Shown here: one piece after another, positions 42,960 to 52,935 of the stretch
Layout of the letters: each line of letters opens with the position of its first letter
Numbering within the stretch: the stretch's first letter is position 1
Notes under the pieces: model-generated
Database searches by the model: none
Seen by the model: only the letters and a program-made list of their open reading frames with translations
Told to the model about the DNA's origin: nothing
Assembly (NCBI GenBank): GCA_040954595.2
Contig: CM082583.2
Location: 1,126,925-1,190,924, forward strand
Length of the DNA: 64,000 bases
DNA from: Balanoglossus misakiensis
Taxonomy: Eukaryota; Animalia; Hemichordata
Direction: 5' to 3'
Program-made: the position numbers and the translations under genes

Positions 42960-43628
42960 ATAATAATAATATAATTTATTTGTATAGCGTCAGTATCCAC
43001 AAAAAAAAATGTGATCAATGACGCTTAAAGCAAAAGTACAATACAACAAATGGCTAAAAAACAGATTTAAAAAGTAAAGTTTTAACATTTGATTTAAAAA
43101 CAGATAAGTCTGGTGCCTGGGGAATGGTGAGTGGAAGATTATTCCAAAGAATTGGAGCAGCAACAGTAAAAGCACGATCACCATAACTCTTGGTTCGTGA
43201 TCGAACAGGGCAGAGTTTGAACTGATCAGCTGACCTTAAATTGCGACATGGAACATATAGATTAGTCATGCTAGAAAGATAGATTGGACCAAGTTTATGA
43301 ATGGATTTAAAAATGAGAACTAACATCTTAAAAACAATACGCTCTGTAACAGGTAGCCAGTGCAACTGATACAAAATTGGAGTGATGTGACAGGTGATTT
43401 TAGAACGAGTTACAATTCTAGCAGCAATATTCTGAACGCGTTGGATACGGTTGATTGAAAACTTCGGGAGCCCAAATAAAAGTGAATTACATGAATCAAT
43501 TCGAGACGTAATGAATGCATTAACTAATTGCTCTGTAGCTGAATGAGATAAATATTTGCGGATAAGCGCAATGCGACGTAAATGAAAAGTGGCAGAGCGG
43601 CAGATCTGTCCAATATGTGGCTTCATTG
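42960..43628 (-). mobile_element. Same truncated L2 insertion, copy 3
   Basis: Near-identical to copies 1 and 2 (H>N and Y>F changes), with identical junctions. Confidence 0.92.
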
Positions 43629-45194
43629 TTACAAGAGAACGACACTTCATGCTCCATAATATTTCCGAAAATGAAGAAAAGAGTTAATTTTTTATGATTT
43701 TTTAAAATTTTACCATTTTTGTCAAAATATGGCCAAAATGGCTCTTTTTTCTTGAATTCCGTCAATATCTCTGCATTTTTGGAGTGGTCGAAACTTTTAA
43801 CATACAATCAACATGTCATATATGATCGGGGCACCAAATTCGAAGAACAAAGGTTTTTTTATTTTTTTTTATAAAAATGACATTTTCAAGGAAAATTTGG
43901 TAAAACGCAATTTTGTCTGCAGTGAGCCAAATTAGACGGTCTTTTGTGGAATTTGTATCGATATATACATACGAAGAGCATTCTATACTCCATCAGATTT
44001 CCGAAAATGTAGAAAAGGGTATTTTTTGTAATTTTGAAAAATTTTCCATTTTGACCAAATTGTGGCTAAAATTGTTATTTTCGTGTTGAATGCCGCCAGT
44101 GTCACTGCTTTTAAAAGTCATAAAAACTTTTAACATACAAGCCATTCTTTATATATGATCAGGTCACCGAATTAAAAAAATAAAGAATGTTTTGCCTAAA
44201 AATGACCTTTTAGGTGCAAAAACGAATAAAACGTAATTTTGTATTAAATCAGTTCATTCAGAGTGCATTTTTTATAATCAGCACCATTTTTACATATAAT
44301 GGAAATTTCATACATCATCAGATATCCAAATATGAAAAAATGATTTAGATTTTAGATGATTGTCCAAAATTAGCTGATATCTAATAAATGTAGTATTGAA
44401 CCGTTCTGTTTCCCCCCCCCCCTATATTATATGCGGTACGCCGATGTCAGCTTACCCGTCAGTACTGCAGGCCGTGCCCCCAACTAACGTCGGTGTTTGT
44501 AACGCCCTGGTTAAATTCGGGCTTTCTCTATAAATTGACAGGCAATAATGCAGTCCTACCCGAACAAATGTCGAGTGTTGACCCGCTGTGACTTTCCCTC
44601 TTCGGTTTGCCCGACTTAGCCAACGTCTTTGTACTAGAGTGTCGGGTCTTTTGCAGAGCCAGGCCGAAGGAAATCCGACTTGATCACCGTTGCTAACGAA
44701 CGCTAGTGTCTGTCATGGTGTGCCGGGGTTTTAGTCGAGCCAGGCCGTAGGAGATCTGCCTTGATCATCGTGGTCAATGTACGCGTGTTTCCGCTCTAAA
44801 GTGCCGGGGCTTCAGCTAAACCAGGCCGTAGGAAATCCGACGTAATCACCGTTGATAACTTACGCCAGTCTGTGTCATATAGAGCCGGTTCACCAGCCGA
44901 GTCACGCCGTAGGAAATCTGACTTGATCAACGTGGTCAATGTACGCCTGTTTCTGCTCTAGAGTGCCGGGGCTTCAGCTGAGCCAGGCCGTAGGAAACCC
45001 GACGTGATTACCGTTGTTAACTTACGACAGTCTGTGTCCTATATATAGTGCCGGGGCATCAGCCGTGCCAGGCCGAAGTAAATGTTAGTCGATCAACGTG
45101 GTCTCTGTACGCGTGTTTCTGCTCTAGAGTGTCAGGGCTTTAGCAAAGCCATGCCGTAGGAAATCTGACTTGATCAACGTTGCTAACGAACGCT

Positions 45195-45381
45195 CAATAT
45201 TTTTAAGCGTAATTTAAAAACATACCTTTTTACTCGGTTTTATGTGTAACGTGTTCGATTGTGTCATTTTAACTATTTTTACCAGCCTTGTATTTTTTAA
45301 TCTACTGTTTTAGCTGTGCACAATGCGCTGAGACGTATGTGTTGCGCATTTTAAACAATTCTTAATAATAATAATAATAAT
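45195..45381 (+). mobile_element. 187-bp 3' end of a second L2-like LINE family with (TAA)n tail and 6-bp TSD
   Basis: It encodes NIFKRNLKTYLFTRFYV-stop (terminal FKxxLKTxLF motif), followed by hairpin AATGCGC...GCGCATT and a (TAA)n tail. AACGCT is duplicated at 45189-45194 and 45382-45387 but single in all other units. Confidence 0.88.
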
Positions 45382-48300
45382 AACGCTAGTGTCTGTCATA
45401 GTGTGCCGGGGTTTTAGTCGAGCCAAGCCGTAGGAGATCAGACTTGATCAACGTGGTCTCTGTACGCGTGTTTCTGCTCTAGAGTGCCGGGGCTTTATCC
45501 AACCCATGCCGTAGAAAATCTGACTTGATCACCGTTGCTAACGTACGCTAGTGTCTGTCATATTGTGACGGAGATTTAGCCGAGCCAGGCCGTAGAAAAA
45601 TCGACTTGTTCAACGTTACCAGTGTGCAACTGTTTCTGCTCTAGAGTGTCAGGGTTTTAGCCGACTTATGCTGTAGGAAATCTGAGTTGATGACGGGAAT
45701 TCAATGTTAGAAAACCCGTGTGGAAAGTATCTCTACCCGTTTGAAACTAAGAAAAGAATTTATTCTTATTTATTTTGTAAAAAAGACAATTTTTCGAAAA
45801 AAAGTCGAAAAATTGCAATTTTGTCTTGGGTGATTCAAATTATACCGCCTTTTCTGGAATTTGCAGCACTTTTTACAAGAGAACGACACTTCATGCTCCA
45901 TAATATTTCCGAAAATGAAGAAAAGAGTTTATTTTTTATGATTTTTTAAAAATGTACCATTTTGTCAAAATATGGCCAAAATGGCTATTTTTTCTTGAAT
46001 TCCGTCAATATCTCAGCATTTTTGGAGTGGTCGAAAGTTTTAACATACAATCAACATGTCATATATGATCAGGGCACCAAATTCGAAGAACGAAGGTTTT
46101 TTTATTTTATTTTTCTAAAAATGACATTTTCAAGAAAAATTTGGTAAAACGCAATTTTGTCTGCAGTGAGCCAAATTAGACGGTCTTTTGTGGAATTTGT
46201 ATCGATATATACATACGAAGAGCATTCTATACTCCATCAGATTTCCGAAAATGTAGAAAACAGGTATTTTTTGTAATTTTCAAAAATTTACCATTTTGAC
46301 CAAATTATGGCTAAAATTGTTATTTTCGTGTTGAATGCCGCCAGTGTCACTGCTTTTAAAAGTCATGAAAACTTTTAACATACAAGCAATTGTTTATATA
46401 TGATCAGGTCACCGAATTAAAAAAAATAAAGAATGTTTGGCCTAAAAATGACCTTTTTGGCGCAAAAACGAATAAAACGCAATTTTGTATTAAATAACCT
46501 CATTCAGAGTGCATTTTTTTATAATCAGCACCATTTTTACATATAATGGAAATTTCATACATCACCAGATATCCAAATATGAAAAAATGATTTAGATTTT
46601 AGATGATTGTCCAAAATTAGCTGATATCTAATTAATGTAGTATTGAACCGTTCTGTTCCCCCCCCCCCCCTCCCCTAAATTATATGCGGTACGCCGATGT
46701 CAGCTTACCCGGCAGTACTGCAGGCCGTGCCCCCACCTAACGTCGGTGTTTGAAACGCCCTGGTTAAATTCGGGCTTTCTCTATAAATTGACAGGCAATA
46801 ATGCAGTCCTACCCGAACAAATGTCGAGTGTTGACACGCTGTGACTTTCCCTCTTCGGTTTGCACGACTTAGCCGACGTCTTTGTACTAGAGTGTCGGGT
46901 CTTTTGCAGAGCCAGGCCGAAGGAAATCCGACTTGATCACCGTTGCTAACGAACGCTAGTGTCTGTCATGGTGTGCCGGGGTTTTAGTCGAGCCAGGCCG
47001 TAGGAGATCTGACTTGATCATCGTGGTCAATGTACGCGTGTTTCCGCTCTAAAGTGCCGGGGCTTCAGCTAAACCAGGCCGTAGGAAATCCGACGTAATC
47101 ACCGTTGATAACTTACGCCAGTCTGTGTCATATAGAGCCGGTGCACCAGCCGAGTCACGCCGTAGGAAATCTGACTTGATCAACGTGGTCAATGTACGCC
47201 TGTTTCTGCTCTAGAGTGCCGGGGCTTCAGCTGAGCCAGGCCGTAGGAAACCCGACGTGATTACAGTTGTTAACTTACGCCAGTCTGTGTCCTATATATA
47301 GTGCCGGGGCATCAGCCGTGCCAGGCCGAAGGAAATGTGAGTAGATCAACGTGGTCTCTGTACGCGTGTTTCTGCTCTAGAGTGTCAGGGCTTTAGCAAA
47401 GCCATGCCGTAGGAAATCTGACTTGATCAACGTTGCTAGCGAACGCTAGTGTCTGTCATAGTGTGCCGGGGTTTTAGTCGAGCCAAGCCGTAGGAGATCA
47501 GACTTGATCAACGTGGTCTCTGTACGCGTGTTTCTGCTCTTGAGTGCCGGGGCTTTATCCAAGCCATGCCGTAGAAAATCTGACTTGATCACCGTTGCTA
47601 ACGTACGCTAGTGTCTGTCATATTGTGACGGAGATTTAGCCGAGCCAGGCCGTAAAAAATCGACTTGTTCAACGTTACCAGTGTGCAACTGTTTCTGCTC
47701 TAGAGTGTCAGGGTTTTAGCCGATTTATGCTGTAGGAAATCAGAGTTGATGAACGGGAATTCAATGTTAGAAAACCCGTGTGGAAAGTATCTCTACCCGT
47801 TTGAAACTAAGAAAAGAATTTATTCTTATTTATTTTGTAAAAAAGACAATTTTTCGAAACAAAAGCGAAAATGGTAATTTTGTCTTGGGTGATTCAAATT
47901 ATACCACCTTTTCTGGAATTTGCAGCACTTTTTACAAGAGAACGACACTTCATGCTCCATAATATTTCCGAAAATGAAGAAAAGAGTTAATTTTTTTAAT
48001 ATTTTTTAAAATTTTACCATTTTTGTCAAAATATGGTCAAAATGGCTATTTTTTCTTGAATTCCGTCAATATCTCTGCATTTTTGGAGTGGTCGAAAGTT
48101 TTAACATACAATCAACATGTCATATATGATCAGGGCACCAAATTCGAAGAACGAAGGTTTTTTTATTTTATTTTTCTAAAAATGACATTTTCAAGAAAAA
48201 TTTGGTAAAACGCAATTTTGTCTGCAGTGAGCCAAATTAGACGGTCTTTTGTGGAATTTGTATCGATATATATATACGAAGAGCATTCTATACTCCATCA

Positions 48301-49137
48301 GATTTCCGAAATTGTAGAAAACAGGTATTTTTTGTAATTTTCAAAAATTTACCATTTTGACCAAATTGTGGTTAAAATTGTTATTTTCGTGTTGAATGCC
48401 GCCAGTGTCACTGCTTTTAAAAGTCATAACAACTTTTAACATGCAAGCAATTGCTTATATATGATCAGGCCACCGAATTAAAAAAATAAAGAATGTTTTG
48501 CCTAAAAATGACCTTTTTGGTGCAAAAACGAATAAAACGCAATTTTGTATTAAATCAGCTCATTCAGAGTGCATTTTTTATAATCAGCACCATTTTTACA
48601 TATATTGGAAATTTCATACATCATCAGATATCCAAATATGAAAAAATGATTTAGATTTTAGATGATTGTCCAGAATTAGCTGATATCTAATAAATGTAGT
48701 ATTGAACCGTTCTGTCCCCCCCCCCCCTACATTATATGCGGTACGCCGATGTCAGCTTACCCGGCAGTACTGCAGGCCGTGCCCCCAAATAACGTCGGTG
48801 TTTGAAACGCCCTGGTTAAATTCGGGCTTTCTCTATAAATTGACAGGCAATAATGCAGTCCTACCCGAACAAATGTCGAGTGTTGACCCGCTGTGACTTT
48901 CCCTCTTCGGTTTGCCCGACTTAGCCAACGTCTTTGTACTAATGTGTCGGGTCTTTTGCAGAGCCAGGCCGAAGGAAATCCGACTTGATCACCGTTGCTA
49001 ACGAACGCTAGTGTCTGTCATGGTGTGCCGGGGTTTTAGTCGAGCCAGGCCGTAGGAGATCTGACTTGATCATCGTGGTCAATGTACGCGTGTTTCCGCT
49101 CAGTAGTATAGGTTGGAGCCGTAGCACTCGGATTTGG

Positions 49138-49204
49138 GGAGGAGGAGGAGCTGAGGAGCTGAGGAGGAGGAGCTGAGGAGGAGGAGGAGGAGGAGGAGGA
49201 GGAG

Positions 49205-49239
<35 letters not shown>

Positions 49240-49427
49240 GGAGGAGGAGGAGGAGGAGGAGGAGGAGGAGGAGGAGGAGGAGGAGGAGGAGGAGGAGGAG
49301 CTGAGGAGGAGGAGGAGGAGGAGGAGGAGGAGGAGGAGCTGAGGAGGAGGAGGAGGAGGAGGAGGCGGAGGAGGAGGAGGAGGAAGAGGAGGAAGAGGAG
49401 GAGGAGGAGGAGGAGGAAGAGGAGGAG
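49138..49427 (+). repeat. (GAG)n microsatellite, ~290 bp, with GCT/GAA/GCG interruptions
   Basis: Directly visible; it produces the poly-P/S/L ORF artefacts on the minus strand. Confidence 0.98.
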
Positions 49428-49518
49428 GCAGACATGGTCCCCTAAGTTGGTGGAAAATTGAGATATGGCTAAGTATATATGGAACGTGCTTTGATTGGTG
49501 GACTTTCTGCAAAGCATG

Positions 49519-49709
49519 ATGTTGGGAGGAGGCAGAGGAGGCAGAGGAGGCGATGAGAGGCGGAGGTGTATCACCCATGAGGTAGACAACCCTAAATGTT
49601 GGGAGGAGGCAGAGGAGGCGATGAGAGGCGGAGGTGTATCACCCCCTAAGGTAAGGAACCCTAAATGTTGGGAGGAGGCGGAGGCGGAGGAGGCGGAGGA
49701 GGCGATGAG
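49519..49709 (+). repeat. Imperfect ~70-77-bp tandem repeat, about 2.7 copies
   Basis: ATGTTGGGAGGAGGCRGAGG...GATGAG starts at 49519, 49596 and 49665. Confidence 0.9.
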
Positions 49710-49736
49710 TGGTAGCCCTTTCCCTATTTGAGACTG

Positions 49737-49744
49737 TATAAAAG
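49737..49744 (+). promoter_or_regulatory. TATA box (TATAAAAG) upstream of the ankyrin-SOCS gene
   Basis: Consensus TATAWAWR about 110 bp before ATG 49853; GC-box-like GAGGCGG motifs lie upstream. Confidence 0.55.
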
Positions 49745-49852
49745 GCTAGCCCTGCATGACCATCGTTCTCTTGGGCGTATTGTGGATATGGTCAATGCGC
49801 ATTTTTAACGAACATCGTCGAGATCAGAGGATTGCTTTCACGATTCGACCAA

Positions 49853-52247
49853 ATGTCTTTTTATAACTTGCTAGTCACCGCGATCAGAAAACACAAGCCA
49901 CCAAAAAGGATAGAGAGAGTTCGGAAACGCGTTGTGTTCGACTGGGAGGAGAAGAGCGACGCCAGGTTTTTCACGCCGGCCGATGCGCTGGCACTGGCCG
50001 TTGAGTGCAACCATATCGACTACGTGGAATACCTTCTGGAATATCATCTGGCAGAGGCGCTGGATGTATCAAAACGATGTTGCTCGCATCTCATTCTAGC
50101 TGTGAGGTGGGACAGACACCAGATTGTGGAGAAGATTCTCTTTTACGCGAGAAAGAAGTTCGACCACTGCAGGAGTGCCATCGACGAGAAACTGCAGCGT
50201 GAGGCGAATACTGCACAGAGCCGAGAGAATTATAGGGCGGAGGCCCCTCCGACATATGACTACAATGGCGACTGCTATATCAACTGCAAAGGGTGTCGTT
50301 CGTTGGGATTTTCAAGAACGGCCGTCCATGTCGCTTGTGAGTTGGCCCACGTCGAATGCCTGAGAGCCCTGCTCAAGTACGGAGCGAACCCGGCAACCAT
50401 GGATCTGGTGGGGAAAACGCCGCTGGAATACTGTCTGTTTCAAACGGGGCCGTCGTCGTCCGATTAGTCCTGTTTCATAAGTCAGGTCCATGACATATGT
50501 ACCGACATCTGTGATTGGTCCATCTGGTAATCTTAGGTCCACTTGAGGCACGGTGATTGGAGGGACCTTATGTGTTAGGTCTTATTATTATGTATTATTC
50601 ACTAGACCTTGTAGGTTAGGTCTTATTACTATGTATTATTCACTTTACAGCTCCCTGATTGGTTAATGTGTAGGTCTGGTCCTCCAGTGTTCACTGCCTC
50701 ATTATGCAGGACCTTGTAGGTTAGGTCTTATTAACATGCATTTATTCAATTTTCAGCTCCCTGATTGGTTAATGTGTAGGTCTCCAATTTTCACTGCCTC
50801 GTTATGCAAAGTCTTTTGTACTTTCTGAATACAGTTGTCGTATTCTGTCTGGCATGCTGCCTGTGCGTTGTCGAAGCTCGATCCCAGTGTATAAAGAAAG
50901 GCACTCATATAATGATTGGATTTAACCTTTCCTTCACTATTCATGGCAGTTTTTTGTGATACTGTGAACTAGATACTCGAAATAAAAATTGCCAGGAGAA
51001 TTTTTTTATTTTATTTCCAGTGGCGGTTTGTTGAAATGGGCTAGTGTTTTGTTACGTAATGCTTTTCAGCGCATCACTTCGTGTAACACCTGGCTGAATA
51101 CGAAGTGTGTGCTATTCATTCGAGCAAACCAAAAATATCTTACAATAGAACTGTTTAGAATAGCATTGCATTTCTTTAATTGGGATACCTCATTAGTTGC
51201 TTTACAGGTATGATTACTTTTATTGTACTTCTTTCACGAAGCTGCACCGTCATAGTTCCATTTTTATGAAAACAATATACGAATGTATAAACGGACAACG
51301 TACTCCTTTTCACAACATCTACGTCAAAACAAATTTACTTTAAAATAGTAAAACAACAATAATAATATTGATGATGAGAAGTAGGAGGGTGATTTAAGAA
51401 AATATACAACTGTTAGCAAAAATGCTTAGATGTGTTAATCAGATTTTCAAAGTCCATCTAAAAATCATTTAATCTTTCCAGGGTGCAGTTTATGTTGGAG
51501 ATAGTATCAGTCAGGCTATTTCTCAGAAAATTAATGAATGATCTGCGGACATCCCGAATAATGTGTTACCACAACGCTAGCCAGGAAGCACATGGGACAT
51601 TTCACAATGAGGCAGTGAACACTGGGAGACCAGACTGACACGTTAACCAATCAGGGAGCTGTATGGTGAATAAATACATATTAATATGACCTAACCTACA
51701 AGGTCCTGTATTATGAGGCAGTGAACACATGGGGGACCAGACTGACACGTTAACCAATCAGGGAGCTGTAAAGCGAAAAATGCATAGTAATAAGACCTAA
51801 CCTACAAGGTCTAGTGAATAATACATAATAATAAGACCTAACCTACAAGGTCCCTCCAATCAGCGTGCCGCAAGTGGACCTAAGAGAAGCGGATAAACCA
51901 ATCATAACATGCAAAACATGTGTATAGGACGTGTAATGTAGGTCATTTTGAAACAGGACTATTTGACCTCTCGGCCGGAACGACTAGCGGAGTGCGTCGA
52001 GCTTTTGTTGAGAACACTGCAAAATATTGATGTTTCAATCGTTGAACGGTTGGAAGCTTTAAATACTGGGGGAGTGAAAGACGGGTTCCTCCAAAACATC
52101 GACATATCAAATTCTCCCTGTCTTCTAAAGCACCTTTGCCGCTTCACAATAAGACAATCCATAGGTCTGAACGACAGGTTACCTCACGGGATCGGTCAAC
52201 TACCGTTACCGCTAACTCTAAAACGGTATTTGGCGTTAGATATGTGA
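49853..52247 (+). pseudogene. Intronless ankyrin-repeat and SOCS-box (ASB-like) gene, 298 aa when reconstructed (49853-50465 + 51964-52247), disrupted by a TIR element
   Basis: Ankyrin motif RTAVHVACELAHVECLRALLKYGANPATMDLVGKTPLEY and C-terminal SOCS box LLKHLCRFTIRQSIG...IGQLPLPLTLKRYL. Removing 50466-51960 plus one ATT gives 897 nt in one frame (...GPSSSD-LTSRPERLAECVELLL...). The insertion creates TAG at 50465-50467. Confidence 0.88.
50466..51960. mobile_element. 1495-bp non-autonomous TIR DNA transposon with long (~340 bp) internally repetitive inverted arms and 3-bp ATT TSD (PIF/Harbinger-like, tentative)
   Basis: Ends are AGTCCTGTTTCA...TGAAACAGGACT, with ATT at 50463-50465 and 51961-51963. 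Arms ~50466-50803 and ~51605-51960 are imperfect reverse complements (e.g. CAGCTCCCTGATTGGTTAA / TTAACCAATCAGGGAGCTG). The empty site is preserved at 52551-52662. No transposase ORF. Confidence 0.92.
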
Positions 52248-52543
52248 ATTTGAATCTGTTTTCAAACTGCTCCATGCAGTACCTTTGCCAATGTTCATGT
52301 TGTACATTATTCAATGTTCAAGTTTGACCAAAGTTATCTGTTTTATAATCTTGTGAATTGTGATATGTTTGTTTTTTTTTTTTTTTTTTTTTTTAGAAAA
52401 TAAAACCAACTGTTCATGGTTGTTTTTTTTTTAATGGAAACTGATCTGGCGTTTTGCTTGTATGTGTGTGAGTGAATGCATAAGAGTCATGTCATTTAGC
52501 GACGAATCAAGTTAAATTTATAGATTTATTGGTTAAACACTAG
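52247..52543 (+). repeat. ~300-bp 3' block (putative 3' UTR/poly(A) region), copy 1; AATAAA at 52399-52404
   Basis: Starts at the stop of the ASB-like gene (AATTTGAATCTGTTTTCAAAC...AAACACTAG); direct repeat of 55875-56172. Confidence 0.9.
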
Positions 52544-52550
52544 AATTTGG

Positions 52551-52662
52551 TGGATCTGGTGGGGAAAACGCCGCTGGAATACTGTCTGTTTCAAACGGGG
52601 CCGCCGTCGTCCGATTTGACCTCTCGGCCGAAAATGACTAGCGGAGTGCGTCGAGCTTTTGT
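52551..52662 (+). other. 112-bp duplicated fragment of the ASB-like coding sequence spanning the uninterrupted transposon target site
   Basis: Matches 50400-50465 joined directly to 51964-52008 (…CGTCCGATTTGACCTCTCGGCCG…) with a single ATT and a few differences. Confidence 0.93.
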
Positions 52663-52935
52663 GTTATGTTATAATTTATCATTTTAATTATTATTATGAT
52701 ATTGTATGTGATTTCTGAGTAGTTTTGATAAATATATCCAAGTAAATGGAGAGTACTATAGTGTTACTAATCTTACTCAGTTCGTGGGGTACAATAATGG
52801 AAATGTGTTAAAGAGAGAGGGTTCCTTACCTAAGGGGGTGATACACCTACTACATCCTGAAATGCGCCCTCTACCGACCGAAGTAGCGTTTCATTCGTCC
52901 ACAACGTACAATCCATACCGTCTGCGTTCGGAACT

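Larger units (their letters stand above)
1..49101. repeat. Macrosatellite array, about 24 head-to-tail units of ~2.05 kb; continues beyond the left window edge
   Basis: The anchor TTGAACCRTTCTG-poly(C) recurs at about 226, 2204, 4241, 6121, 8009, 10059, 12104, 14155, 15686, 17739, 20132, 22175, 24226, 26282, 28332, 30379, 32270, 34316, 36208, 38939, 41671, 44396, 46643 and 48702. Spacing is mostly 2037-2059 bp; outliers are explained by visible indels or insertions. Units are nearly identical. Confidence 0.98.
49102..49720 (+). mobile_element. Candidate left terminus (TIR) of a large Polinton/Maverick-like element; right boundary approximate
   Basis: The satellite normally reads TTTCCGCTC-TAAAGTGCC but here reads TTTCCGCTC-AGTAGTATAGG. 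AGTAGT is the usual Polinton/Maverick terminal motif. No partner TIR and no core genes are visible in the window, so this is inference. Confidence 0.4.

Noticed and set aside
226-48896. Dozens of 60-106 aa ORFs recurring with the satellite (MNRSVPPP..., MESISTRL..., MSKYGQNG...)
   Set aside because: They mostly have non-ATG starts, their frames flip with homopolymer length between units, and they have no recognisable domains.
49008-49731. Poly-Pro/Ser/Leu ORFs and the 78-aa GGRGG ORF
   Set aside because: They are translations of the (GAG)n tract and the 70-bp repeats.
50466-51960. Ordinary intron of the ASB-like gene
   Set aside because: No GT donor at the boundary. It has TIRs and a TSD, and the empty-site copy shows contiguous coding sequence.
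52530-52545. CTAG ends of the shared 3' blocks as Helitron 3' termini
   Set aside because: No GC-rich hairpin shortly upstream, and only one copy is followed by T.
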